Part shown: one piece after another, positions 19,748 to 28,405 of the stretch
How positions within the stretch are numbered: the first letter of the stretch is position 1
Layout: each line of letters begins with the position of its first letter
Assembly (NCBI GenBank): GCA_035529595.1
Contig: DATKWK010000023.1
Span: 206,961 to 270,960, forward strand
Direction of reading: 5' to 3'
Length of the DNA stretch: 64,000 bases
Source: Candidatus Bathyarchaeia archaeon
GTDB taxonomy: Bacteria > Patescibacteriota > Microgenomatia > PFEM01 > JAFGMK01
The notes under the pieces: model-generated
Told to the model about the DNA's origin: nothing
The model's database searches: none
The model's input: the letters and a program-made list of their open reading frames with translations, nothing else
Program-made: the position numbers and the translations under genes

Positions 19748-20797
19748 TTAGAATTGGTTTAAAATTCTTAGATCAGTGGAATAAAATAAGCGTAAGTCAG
19801 GTAGTTTTAGTCCTGATTTCATCATCATTACCCGTTCGACTCCCCAACCGAAAGCATAACCGGAATATATATCAGGATCAAGGCCACCATTTTTTAGCAC
19901 TACCGGATGGACCATACCTGAGCCTCCCAATTCCAGCCAGCCTTCCTTACAGAGACGACAACCTTTTCCCTGGCAAACGCCGCAAGTAATATCAACCTCA
20001 AAAGAAGGTTCAGTAAATCGGAAGTGAAAAGGCCGGAGACGAGTTTTTCTTTCTGGACCAAAAAACTCTCGGGCAAAATAGTCAAAAGTTCCTTTAAGGT
20101 GGGCAATATTTATTTCCCGATCAATTAATAATCCTTCGAATTGGTGAAACATTGGTGTATGAGAGATATCGTAGTTCGGACGGTAGACTTTACCAATATT
20201 AATCATACGAATCGGTGGGCTCAAGTGTTTTTCTTGGTAATATTCCATTTCGCGGATCTGGCCAGAGGAAGTATGGGGGGTTAAAAGCATTTTTCCCCAA
20301 TCTTCGGAAGGAGGAGGATCGAGATAAAAAGTTTCAAAGTCATCTCTGGCTGGGTGAATTTCCGGCATGTTTAAGTGTTCAAAGGCGTACCGGTCCCATT
20401 CGACCTCCGGATATCTGACGCGGATAAATCCGGTTCGCTCGAAAATTTCTGTAATTTCTCTGATTGCCTGAGTGACTAAATGCAGGTGACCAAGGGTTGG
20501 ATTTATGCCGGGTAAGGTAATATCAAACCATTCCTTTGTATCCGTTTGTTTTTTTTCCAAGATTGTTTCCGATTCGATCAGAAGACTTTCTATCTCTTTT
20601 TTAAGCTGGTTGATTTGATTACCCGTCGCTGACCGTTTCGGTATTGGTAATTCTGAAAGCGTTTTAATCGCCCGGTTAATTTTTCCCTTACGACCCAGAT
20701 AGGTAATCCGAAGTTGTTCCAGTTCACCTTTATTATTGGCTTTCTCGATTAACGAAAATGCTTCTTTTCTTAATTCTCGAATCTTTATATCGGGCAT
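19748..20797 (-). CDS. pheS: Phenylalanine--tRNA ligase alpha subunit
   Basis: HPARD, HTS, HTPMFHQFEG, FRFTEPSFEVD, AFGWGVER. Confidence 0.97.
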   Translation of the reverse strand: MPDIKIRELRKEAFSLIEKANNKGELEQLRITYLGRKGKINRAIKTLSELPIPKRSATGNQINQLKKEIESLLIESETILEKKQTDTKEWFDITLPGINPTLGHLHLVTQAIREITEIFERTGFIRVRYPEVEWDRYAFEHLNMPEIHPARDDFETFYLDPPPSEDWGKMLLTPHTSSGQIREMEYYQEKHLSPPIRMINIGKVYRPNYDISHTPMFHQFEGLLIDREINIAHLKGTFDYFAREFFGPERKTRLRPFHFRFTEPSFEVDITCGVCQGKGCRLCKEGWLELGGSGMVHPVVLKNGGLDPDIYSGYAFGWGVERVMMMKSGLKLPDLRLFYSTDLRILNQF

Positions 20798-20860
20798 ATT
20801 TACATTTTAGAATAGCATAAAAACTTATTTATCAGCAACATGACTCTGATGCTAAATCAT

Positions 20861-21018
20861 AAAAAAACCTCCCGTTTGGGAGGTGATTTTCCCTTAAAAA
20901 ATGCAAAACCAACCTCCTTTAGGCAGTGTTAGCTAAAAACCTTTTTTCTACATACTGCTAGAGTTATGGTTGGAGCTTGCATTGGCAGGATTATAAAAAG
21001 ACTTTTTTTCCTTGTCAA
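20861..21018 (-). promoter_or_regulatory. Promoter plus leader-peptide attenuator upstream of pheST
   Basis: TTGACA-17-TATAAT (21018-20990); leader ORF 20982-20929 MQAPTITLAVCRKKVFS; antiterminator strand GGAGGTTGG; terminator ACCTCCC-AAAC-GGGAGGT followed by a U-tract. Confidence 0.65.
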
Positions 21019-21052
21019 GGGGGAATTAAGTAGCATATTCCGATACAAGCAA

Positions 21053-21412
21053 TCAGGCTAATGGCGATTGGTTTTTTACCTGATTGATAATCGAATTAAA
21101 GGTCTTGGAGTCAGTCATTGCCAATTCGGCCAGAATCTTTCGATTTAGTTCAATATTTGACTTCTTAAGGCAGGCGATCAGTTGGGAGTAATTTAGGTCA
21201 TAGTTTTTTAAGGCCGCATTAATTCTGGTTATCCAAAGCCGCCGGATATTTCTTTTTCTGCGCTTTCGACCGACAAAAGCATATTGACCGGCATGCAGAT
21301 CTGCCTCTTTTGATACCTTATAAAGCCGGCCTTTAGTCATCCTAAAGCCTTTAGTTCTGTTAAGTACTTTGTGATGCCTTTTTCTCTTAGTTATCCCAGA
21401 TTTGATACGCAC
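21053..21412 (-). CDS. rplT: 50S ribosomal protein L20
   Basis: GRKRRKRNIRRLWITRINAA, LNRKILAELA. Confidence 0.97.
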   Translation of the reverse strand: MRIKSGITKRKRHHKVLNRTKGFRMTKGRLYKVSKEADLHAGQYAFVGRKRRKRNIRRLWITRINAALKNYDLNYSQLIACLKKSNIELNRKILAELAMTDSKTFNSIINQVKNQSPLA

Positions 21413-21448
21413 TTTTCAGTCCTCGTCGATCATCCTGTAAATAAAATT

Positions 21449-21661
21449 TTATTTCCCTAGAGCTTTTTTGACGCCTCTTTTCAAACGTCCTTTAATCTCC
21501 TTGTCTTTTTTCTGCAAACGTAATTGCCCTTTAGTTTTTTTACGACACAGGTGTCGGACATGAGAGCCTCGCCGGAGAACTTTTCCGGTCTTGGTAATCT
21601 TAAACCTTCTCGATATCGATTTTTTAGTTTTGAATTTCTTTTTTTTGTTGGTCTTTTTCAT
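21449..21661 (-). CDS. rpmI: 50S ribosomal protein L35
   Basis: KTKKSISRRFKITKTGKVLR...HL; start at ATG 21661, overlapping the infC 3' end. Confidence 0.92.
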   Translation of the reverse strand: MKKTNKKKKFKTKKSISRRFKITKTGKVLRRGSHVRHLCRKKTKGQLRLQKKDKEIKGRLKRGVKKALGK

Positions 21662-22172
21662 TTGGATAGATAATAAAAACCAATTGACGGCCGACAATCT
21701 TAGGTTCCTGCCCGATTTGACTGTTATCGGCCAGTGATTCAATCACCGTCTTTGCCAAACGGTAACCAAATTCTTTCTTAGCAATTTCCCGGCCCCGAAA
21801 GACAATAGTTATTTTAACTTGATCCTTTTCCTTTAAAAACTTACGGATTTTCTCAATCCGATTTTTCAAGTCGTTTTCGGCAATAAACGGACTCAGTCTT
21901 ACCTCTTTAATATTGCTTTTCTTGCCTTTTTTACCAGTATTTTTCTTAGCTTCCAGATAGCGAAATTTTTTAAAATCAATAATTTTGCAGACCGGTGGTT
22001 CCGCGTTAGGTGCGATTTCTACCAGGTCAAGCCCTTCTTTTTGCGATTCAAGTAAGGCCTGATCGCGACTTAGAATACCGATTTGTTTGCCTGTTTCGTC
22101 AACTACACGCAGTTTGCTGGCCTGAATATATTGATTAATCCGATAAAACTTTTTTTGGTGATACTTTCCCAA
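21624..22172 (-). CDS. infC: Translation initiation factor IF-3 (non-AUG start)
   Basis: INQYI...LRVVDETG..G...A...GLDLVEIAPNAEPPVCKIID; start is TTG or the adjacent ATA. Confidence 0.96.
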   Translation of the reverse strand: MGKYHQKKFYRINQYIQASKLRVVDETGKQIGILSRDQALLESQKEGLDLVEIAPNAEPPVCKIIDFKKFRYLEAKKNTGKKGKKSNIKEVRLSPFIAENDLKNRIEKIRKFLKEKDQVKITIVFRGREIAKKEFGYRLAKTVIESLADNSQIGQEPKIVGRQLVFIIYPNEKDQQKKEIQN

Positions 22173-22226
22173 TATTAAAAAAACCGAATATTAAATTAGA
22201 AACTAGTTATTATTATCTTATCAAAC

Positions 22227-23993
22227 TTACCTTTTTTTATCAATATCAGTTTGAATTAACTCAATTGCTTTTTTAACTGAAATCAGGCCAAGATTCTTTT
22301 CTCCTCTGGCCCGGGCATTGACGCCTTTGGCTTTAATCTCTTTGTCGCCAACGACCAACATATAGGGAATCTTTTTAAGCTCTGCATCCCGGATTTTAGC
22401 CGAGGTAGTTTGATTATGGTTGTCAACTTCAACCCTAATTTTTCCTTTCTTTAGAGATTCTTCAACCTCACGGGCATAGTTAAGATGGTTATCAGTGATA
22501 GGAATGATGATTGCTTGGGTTGGCGTCAGCCATACCGGAAAAGCGCCGCCGCAGTGTTCGATAAAGACACCGATGAATCGCTCAAGTGATCCAAGCAAGG
22601 CTCGGTGGATCATAAAAGGTACTTTTTTCTTTCCGTCTTTATCAATATAACTCATCTTAAATCTTGACGGTAAATTAAAATCAACTTGAATTGTCGATAA
22701 TTGCCATTTTCTTTCCAGGGCATCGGTTACTTTAACATCAATTTTAGGTCCATAAAAAACTGCTCCGCCAATATCAAGTACAAAATCTTGATAACCGGTA
22801 TCGATAAGCGCCCTTTTAAGATAAGTCTCTGCCGTTTGCCAACCTTGATCGTCGCCGATAAATTTTTCTTTGTCTTCAGGGTCGCGAAGACTGAGATTCA
22901 TTTCAAATTTCTTAAAGCCAAAAGAGTTTAAAATGTAAGTCGTTAACTTTAGGGCTTCCGTTAATTCTCGGTGCAACTGCTCAGCGGTGCAAATAATGTG
23001 GGCATCATCTTGGGTGAAGCCTCTGACTCTTGTTAGCCCGTGAAGGACTCCTGATTTTTCGTATCGGTAAACGGTTCCCATTTCCGCCAAGCGCAAGGGC
23101 AAATCCCGGTAACTTCTCATGGAGCTGTTATAAATCTTGACATGGAAAGGACAATTCATCGGCTTTAAACGATACATTTGGTCTTCAATTCCAAAAGGGG
23201 AATACATGTTTTCCGAATAAAACTTCAAGTGTCCTGAATGCGACCATAAGATTTCCCGAGCGATATGAGGAGTGCTGACCGGCTGGTAGCCTCTGTCTAG
23301 GTAAGTATTAAAGGCAAATTCCATAATCTTGTGTCTTAAAAAAGCCCCTTTTGGTTTCCAGAGTGGTAAGCCGTGGCCAACCTCTTCATCAAACATAAAA
23401 AGATCCAGTTCTTCACCCAAGTGCCGATGGTCTCTTTTCAGTGCCTCTTGCCGATGAATCAGATATGTTTCCAAAGCCGATTTAGTCGGAAAACAGGTGC
23501 CGTAGATGCGGGTAAGCATTTTGTTTTTCTCGTCTCCTCGCCAATAAGCACCGGCCAAGGTAAGCATCTTAAAGGGTCCAATTTGGCTGGTACTTCTTAC
23601 ATGTGGTCCGCTGCAGAGGTCAATAAAATCTCCCAAGGTATAAAACGTAACCGTTTTTTGGCCCTCTTTTTGTAAATCTTTTATCAACTCGACTTTATAG
23701 GTTTGTCCCAGTTCAGCCGCAATTTCCAACGCTTTTTTAATGGAAACATCTTTTTTATCAAATGAAATATTTTTCTTCTGCAACTTTCGCATTAGGGCTT
23801 CAATCTTGAGAAGATCTTTTTCCGAAATCTCGATCGGAATATCAACGTCATAATAAAAGCCATCTTCAATCGCCGGACCAATTGCAAAACGTGTTTTCGA
23901 ATAAAGCAGACTGATGGCATAGGCCATCAGATGGGCACAACTATGGCGCATTGTTTCTAATTTAACCGGCACCTCTTTTGTTTTTTTTGCCAT
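22227..23993 (-). CDS. thrS: Threonine--tRNA ligase (no TGS domain)
   Basis: RHSCAH, DLCSGPH, KPMNCPFH, RVRGFTQDDAH, HRALLGSLERF. Confidence 0.97.
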   Translation of the reverse strand: MAKKTKEVPVKLETMRHSCAHLMAYAISLLYSKTRFAIGPAIEDGFYYDVDIPIEISEKDLLKIEALMRKLQKKNISFDKKDVSIKKALEIAAELGQTYKVELIKDLQKEGQKTVTFYTLGDFIDLCSGPHVRSTSQIGPFKMLTLAGAYWRGDEKNKMLTRIYGTCFPTKSALETYLIHRQEALKRDHRHLGEELDLFMFDEEVGHGLPLWKPKGAFLRHKIMEFAFNTYLDRGYQPVSTPHIAREILWSHSGHLKFYSENMYSPFGIEDQMYRLKPMNCPFHVKIYNSSMRSYRDLPLRLAEMGTVYRYEKSGVLHGLTRVRGFTQDDAHIICTAEQLHRELTEALKLTTYILNSFGFKKFEMNLSLRDPEDKEKFIGDDQGWQTAETYLKRALIDTGYQDFVLDIGGAVFYGPKIDVKVTDALERKWQLSTIQVDFNLPSRFKMSYIDKDGKKKVPFMIHRALLGSLERFIGVFIEHCGGAFPVWLTPTQAIIIPITDNHLNYAREVEESLKKGKIRVEVDNHNQTTSAKIRDAELKKIPYMLVVGDKEIKAKGVNARARGEKNLGLISVKKAIELIQTDIDKKR

Positions 23994-24011
23994 TTTTTAC
24001 TATTTGCTAAA

Positions 24012-24275
24012 TTATTTTATAGATTGGAGAGCGTTTTCGGTGGCTTTAACCAGATCAGCCAGGATCTCTCCGACAAAAGGTAAACCGCCAAAGGCCGAAA
24101 TCAGCCGGCTTAAATAGGACAGAACCAAAGCAAAAATAAGTGTTAACCCCAAAGCCTGGCCTAAACCATAGGCCATTCCCAGGAAAAAATATTCCATTGC
24201 TCTTCGTGTTAAACTTTTTTCAGAATAATTGCGCTTGGATAATTTTCCTTGCGTCTTTTCAGGCATGATCTCCAC
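24012..24275 (-). CDS. Small membrane protein (DUF5665-like)
   Basis: FFLGMAYGLGQALGLT...LPFVGE pattern. Confidence 0.6.
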   Translation of the reverse strand: MEIMPEKTQGKLSKRNYSEKSLTRRAMEYFFLGMAYGLGQALGLTLIFALVLSYLSRLISAFGGLPFVGEILADLVKATENALQSIK

Positions 24276-24308
24276 TGGCTGAATTTTACCCTGATGATAC
24301 CTTAAAAC

Positions 24309-24332
24309 AAAAAAACCTGCAACTATTGCAGG
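24309..24332 (-). terminator. Intrinsic terminator downstream of tRNA-Val
   Basis: CCTGCAA-TAG-TTGCAGG followed by T7 on the minus strand. Confidence 0.65.
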
Positions 24333-24393
24333 AGTCCCGAAAGTTGGTGACGTTTACGGCCTACTTCCCTGCTCCTAATTAATCCTTTTCTAG

Positions 24394-24467
24394 TGGGCTC
24401 GACAGGACTCGAACCTGTGACCTTTTCGATGTCAACGAAACGCTCTAGCCAACTGAGCTACGAGCCC
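24394..24467 (-). tRNA. tRNA-Val(GAC)
   Basis: GGGCTCG acceptor, TTTCG-TT-GAC-AT-CGAAA anticodon arm, GGTTCGAGTCC T-arm. Confidence 0.95.
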
Positions 24468-24487
24468 ATAACAATTCATATGAGAAA

Positions 24488-24787
24488 TTAAGTATATTTT
24501 TGATCTTCCAGAAGTTTAATCTTTCTTTGGCAGATTCCGATTCTTCGGTCGTGGTCAACGCTCTTTTCAAGGGAAATATCCAATTTTCGTTCGACCCGAA
24601 TCATATCCTCTTTCAGTCCGGAAACATCCTCTTTCAGTCCGGAAACATCCTCTTTGAGATCAAAAATTGGTTCTAAAACTTTTTCCTCTAAAAATTTACT
24701 GATTTCACCGGTATACTTTCTCAATTGCTGGATCAAATAAGTTTTTGTAATCGGTTGATCATTGTTTACCTTTTTCTTCATAGTCAC
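24488..24787 (-). CDS. Small coiled-coil protein with heptad tandem repeat
   Basis: LKEDVSG-LKEDVSG-LKED heptads. Confidence 0.65.
   Translation of the reverse strand: MTMKKKVNNDQPITKTYLIQQLRKYTGEISKFLEEKVLEPIFDLKEDVSGLKEDVSGLKEDMIRVERKLDISLEKSVDHDRRIGICQRKIKLLEDQKYT
24605..24655 (+). repeat. 21-bp tandem repeat (about 2.4 copies)
   Basis: ATCCTCTTTCAGTCCGGAAAC twice, then ATCCTCTTT. Confidence 0.9.
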
Positions 24788-24852
24788 ACTTTAACACCTA
24801 GCCTTTACTCTGTCAATTGAAGCAGGAATTTCTATTTCGGTCAGGATTATTG

Positions 24853-26154
24853 CTATTTTATTCTCACATCGGTAAGCACGGCATCTGAAGCACCTCTCAC
24901 TTTCCAATGAGGTCTGAAGTTAGCTGTTATGCCAATAAAGCATATTTTTCCCGTCTGTGGGTTCCTTGAATAAATAGGCATGAATCTAGCATGCATATTT
25001 TCCTCTACTAGACTCTCTTGTTCTTGGTCAAAATAACGAACCGGGAATTTTGGGGAATAATACGGTTGAATAATCCAGGGCTGGCCGCTTAAGGCTAAAT
25101 CATCATAACATCTATGAATGGTTGTCCACCGACTATTCGAAAAAGGATCCAATCTCCATACCTGTCTTGAGCCGAAGCTTAATTTCATCAGCGAACCGGC
25201 ATATTTATAAACAATTTCATCATCAGCCCACCGAGGTAAATCTAGTAAATGATCTAAAATATGTGTCGGTGCAAAAAGAGCTCGATCATGGTCATTGAAT
25301 AAAGTTTTTAGTTTTGGGTGAAAAGGAAATGCCATTGCCAACTTCTGATCAAAGATCACATTTAATGGCGGTTCAATTGCCACTTCTCCCCGCAGATTTC
25401 TTTCTATCAGTTTTCTGCCAGTCGGAGATTCAGCAAGCATAGGCAGATTTAGTTCTCTTCGGTAAATAAAATCAGCATCTCGTATTTCCTCCTCCCAATC
25501 ATTTATTAGAACCACCTCACAATTTAAACCCTGTCTTTGTTTTAGCAATGAGGCGAAGTAAGCTGATTCGCCAAGGTAATTTGTTGGGCAGAGAAGAACT
25601 ACTCGATGCGGTTCTCTACCTAATTTTGCTCTTACAGCCATGGCAAAACCTGAATCCAGTGCAATGTCAACCACATTTTTTCCTAATGAAGGTTCGGGGT
25701 TAACTGCTTGCATAACTTCTGATATGGCACTCATATAACCCCATCCGCCGATTCTGAATTGGACTTCGACAGCCGACCAAAAGTCAGTCAGATCGGCTCT
25801 GGCAAAAAGCGGCAGTTCGCCTCTTTGTGCAAGCATTCTCTGGTATTTGATTGCTTGAGGAGAAAGATTGCTTTCAAAAAGAGAGGCTATCCAATGATAA
25901 CGATAATTGGTAGTTCCTGCCAGATAAAGCTGGTTTGTCATTTCTAGCCAATGGTAAATCCATACTCCTTGAGATAAGACTGAAGCTGCTTCCTGGTTAC
26001 AGACATTAAAACTGTCCGGTGTAACCAGCATAGAATACGATTGTTGGTCACCGTACCCCAATCTTCGTTGGTCAAGTGCAGATTTTATTTGGCAGACTCT
26101 TTCCAAATCGAGATTTTCGCTATGAATTGTTGCAGGTGGTTTTTCAACCGACAC
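24853..26154 (-). CDS. ATP-grasp-fold amidoligase (glutathionylspermidine-synthase / circularly permuted type)
   Basis: FARADL...VE, EPP...FDQKLAMA, VYK...GSR.V, WIIQPY, ARF.P.Y occur in the order expected for permuted ATP-grasp enzymes. Confidence 0.6.
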   Translation of the reverse strand: MSVEKPPATIHSENLDLERVCQIKSALDQRRLGYGDQQSYSMLVTPDSFNVCNQEAASVLSQGVWIYHWLEMTNQLYLAGTTNYRYHWIASLFESNLSPQAIKYQRMLAQRGELPLFARADLTDFWSAVEVQFRIGGWGYMSAISEVMQAVNPEPSLGKNVVDIALDSGFAMAVRAKLGREPHRVVLLCPTNYLGESAYFASLLKQRQGLNCEVVLINDWEEEIRDADFIYRRELNLPMLAESPTGRKLIERNLRGEVAIEPPLNVIFDQKLAMAFPFHPKLKTLFNDHDRALFAPTHILDHLLDLPRWADDEIVYKYAGSLMKLSFGSRQVWRLDPFSNSRWTTIHRCYDDLALSGQPWIIQPYYSPKFPVRYFDQEQESLVEENMHARFMPIYSRNPQTGKICFIGITANFRPHWKVRGASDAVLTDVRIK

Positions 26155-27100
26155 CTTTTTTTTCCTTTCCAGCTGTTTGCCCCAGAGCTAAAATTTTGTC
26201 ACCAGTTTTGACAATATTTGGCTCTGAAATCATAATTATTTGCCCTGCTATCGGAGTTTTTACTTTTTCCGAATCTAGAGTTTCCAATGACACGATTTTT
26301 CCAAAAGGGATATTTACTTGAATGTTTTCACCCGTTTTTTTAAGAGGGATAAATAAACCAGAGATCGGAGAGGTTACTATCTTGCGATTAATGATCGGGA
26401 CTTTGTTTACAGTTCGGTAAAACTTATCAGTAATTGTGTTTCTGACAACAACCGATATGCCTCTTAAAATCTTTTTAATTTGATCTGAACTAATTTTATC
26501 AATAAGAGGGAGTTCTAATGCAAAAGCGATATTGTTTCTAATTAGAAGTAATTCTATCAAAGACCCTTTTTTATCGATGTCCTCTCCCTGGGTATCTAAT
26601 TTCCAAATAAAATCGGGATTAAAAAGATATAGAAACTTTTGAGTTTTAGTCATTAATTTATCCTTCTTGTCAATTGGAACGAGAATTCCGGTAATCAGGA
26701 GGTCCATTTTAGGAAATGTATGAAAATCTATTAATAGATTACTATCCTTAACTGCCTGAAAAAGATAATATGCAATTCGCTCAGAAAGGGTTCCTTTTTT
26801 GTTTCCAGGAAAAAGTCGATTAAGATCCTTGTTATCGGTTGGTAACTCACGGGAATTATTTATGAGACAGAGCGGATTAGCAAAAGGTATAATTTTGATG
26901 GTTCCGTTTATTTGCGGCCAATTCTTGATCTTTTGAAACAATCTTTCTAAGATTAACGTGCCTGTATCTTCGTTTCCGTGAAGGCCGGAGATTAATGAAA
27001 TAACTGGTTTTCCTTGGCCAATTTTAATAATTGGAATTTGGATATCGATTGGTCCCACACTGCCGATTTTGATCCTTGAAGTTTTAATTTGCTGATTCAT
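26144..27100 (-). CDS. Succinylglutamate desuccinylase/aspartoacylase family (M14-like) hydrolase
   Basis: GLHGNE, NP, DLNRLFPG...ERIA, IDFH, catalytic E, C-terminal hybrid domain. Confidence 0.88.
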   Translation of the reverse strand: MNQQIKTSRIKIGSVGPIDIQIPIIKIGQGKPVISLISGLHGNEDTGTLILERLFQKIKNWPQINGTIKIIPFANPLCLINNSRELPTDNKDLNRLFPGNKKGTLSERIAYYLFQAVKDSNLLIDFHTFPKMDLLITGILVPIDKKDKLMTKTQKFLYLFNPDFIWKLDTQGEDIDKKGSLIELLLIRNNIAFALELPLIDKISSDQIKKILRGISVVVRNTITDKFYRTVNKVPIINRKIVTSPISGLFIPLKKTGENIQVNIPFGKIVSLETLDSEKVKTPIAGQIIMISEPNIVKTGDKILALGQTAGKEKKGVG

Positions 27101-27106
27101 AGAACT

Positions 27107-27129
27107 AAAAAACCTCCCGTTTGGGAGGT
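27107..27129 (-). terminator. Attenuator terminator of the Phe-rich leader
   Basis: ACCTCCC-AAAC-GGGAGGT plus U-tract, identical to the hairpin at 20862-20884. Confidence 0.8.
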
Positions 27130-27155
27130 TGTCTTTATGCTTAAATTACTAATAA

Positions 27156-27239
27156 TTATTTTTTAACGCAAATACCAACCTCCCCTTTCTCGAGGTTAAA
27201 AAAGAAAAAACTAAAGATTTGGTTGATATTTCGTAACAT
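27156..27239 (-). CDS. Phe-rich leader peptide MLRNINQIFSFFFFNLEKGEVGICVKK
   Basis: Five Phe codons within six positions, 9 nt after a TTGACA-16-TACAAT promoter (27276-27249); the ORF overlaps the antiterminator strand GGAGGTTGG. Confidence 0.75.
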   Translation of the reverse strand: MLRNINQIFSFFFFNLEKGEVGICVKK

Positions 27240-27313
27240 TAAAGCAACATTGTAACAGATTTTTTCAGTTTGTCAAATTTTTTGTATAGGTCAAGCAAGC
27301 TTTTCTCGCATAC

Positions 27314-28396
27314 TTAAGATGAAATAATAAATTTTTTAAGAATTCGATAGTAGGTTTCTAGACTTTTAATATTTACCCATTCATTATTAATATGCCCTTT
27401 GCTTTGAACTGGAGCGAACATAATGACTGGGATTCCTTTCGCCGAGAAAAAACGACCATCAGAAGCAGGATAATCTTTTATAATTCTTAGGGGAATATTT
27501 TTTTGCTTGGCAAGCTTTAGTATTTTTTTAATATATTCGTTATCCGGCGATATATCCATGGGATCGCCTTCAATTAAGATTTGAAAGCCAGATTTTTTTT
27601 GTTTTTCTACACTATTGCTTACAATTTTAATTATTTTTTCTCTCATCTCAGTCTCAGGGTAGCGAAAATCAAGATACATTTCTGCCTGTGCTGGAACAAC
27701 ATTAGTTGCACTCCCGCCGCTGATTTTTCCCAAATTAACGGTTGGTTGCCAGCGATCAAACTTGCTTGTTTCCGGTATACGTTTTCTTATTGCCTGAGAA
27801 ATTTCAAGTAATTTCTCAATTGCGTTTACACCTGTCCAAGGCCGACTGGCATGGGCGGATTTTCCTCTTGCAGTGATTTTGATATGAATGATTCCTTTTT
27901 CTTTCAAAACCAGGCGGAAATTTTCTCCCCCATCAGGAATAATTGCGCAATCGCAAGTAAAATTTTCCTTATTAAGTAAATAATTGACCCCATCAAAACC
28001 GCCAACTTCTTCATCTGAAGTAAGCATAAGAGCAAAGTCAATATCTTTTAACTGCATGTCTTGAGCTAATTGGATCATGACGGAAACTGTTCCTTTCATA
28101 TCGGCTGCACCCCTTCCGTAAAGACGATTCTCTTTTATGATTGGGCGAAAGGCATTAGGATAATCTGCAGGGACTACATCTAGATGGCCGTTTAAGATAT
28201 AGCGATAATGCTTTTTAAGCTTTCGAGCTACTATCAAAGATATTTTATTGTTTGAAAAACAAGTTTTGAATCTCAAGCCGTTTTTTTTCAGATAATTCTT
28301 GAGAAACTCAAAACATCTTTGAATTTCATGAGGATGATCTTTGTCAGATTGAAATCTGATTAATTTTGACAGTAGCGGCTGAATTGATTTATTCAT
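27314..28396 (-). CDS. M20/ArgE/DapE-family metallopeptidase
   Basis: LNGHLDVVP, LYGRGAADMKG, DEEVGG, GKSAHASRPW, SD..F, H..NE. Confidence 0.9.
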   Translation of the reverse strand: MNKSIQPLLSKLIRFQSDKDHPHEIQRCFEFLKNYLKKNGLRFKTCFSNNKISLIVARKLKKHYRYILNGHLDVVPADYPNAFRPIIKENRLYGRGAADMKGTVSVMIQLAQDMQLKDIDFALMLTSDEEVGGFDGVNYLLNKENFTCDCAIIPDGGENFRLVLKEKGIIHIKITARGKSAHASRPWTGVNAIEKLLEISQAIRKRIPETSKFDRWQPTVNLGKISGGSATNVVPAQAEMYLDFRYPETEMREKIIKIVSNSVEKQKKSGFQILIEGDPMDISPDNEYIKKILKLAKQKNIPLRIIKDYPASDGRFFSAKGIPVIMFAPVQSKGHINNEWVNIKSLETYYRILKKFIISS

Positions 28397-28405
28397 TTAT
28401 TCAAT

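Noticed and set aside
24333-24390. GGAGCAGGGAAGTAGG segment after tRNA-Val as a possible SRP RNA or thrS leader
   Set aside because: It lacks the SRP domain IV helix, T-box motifs and any Thr-rich leader ORF; only the terminator is supportable.
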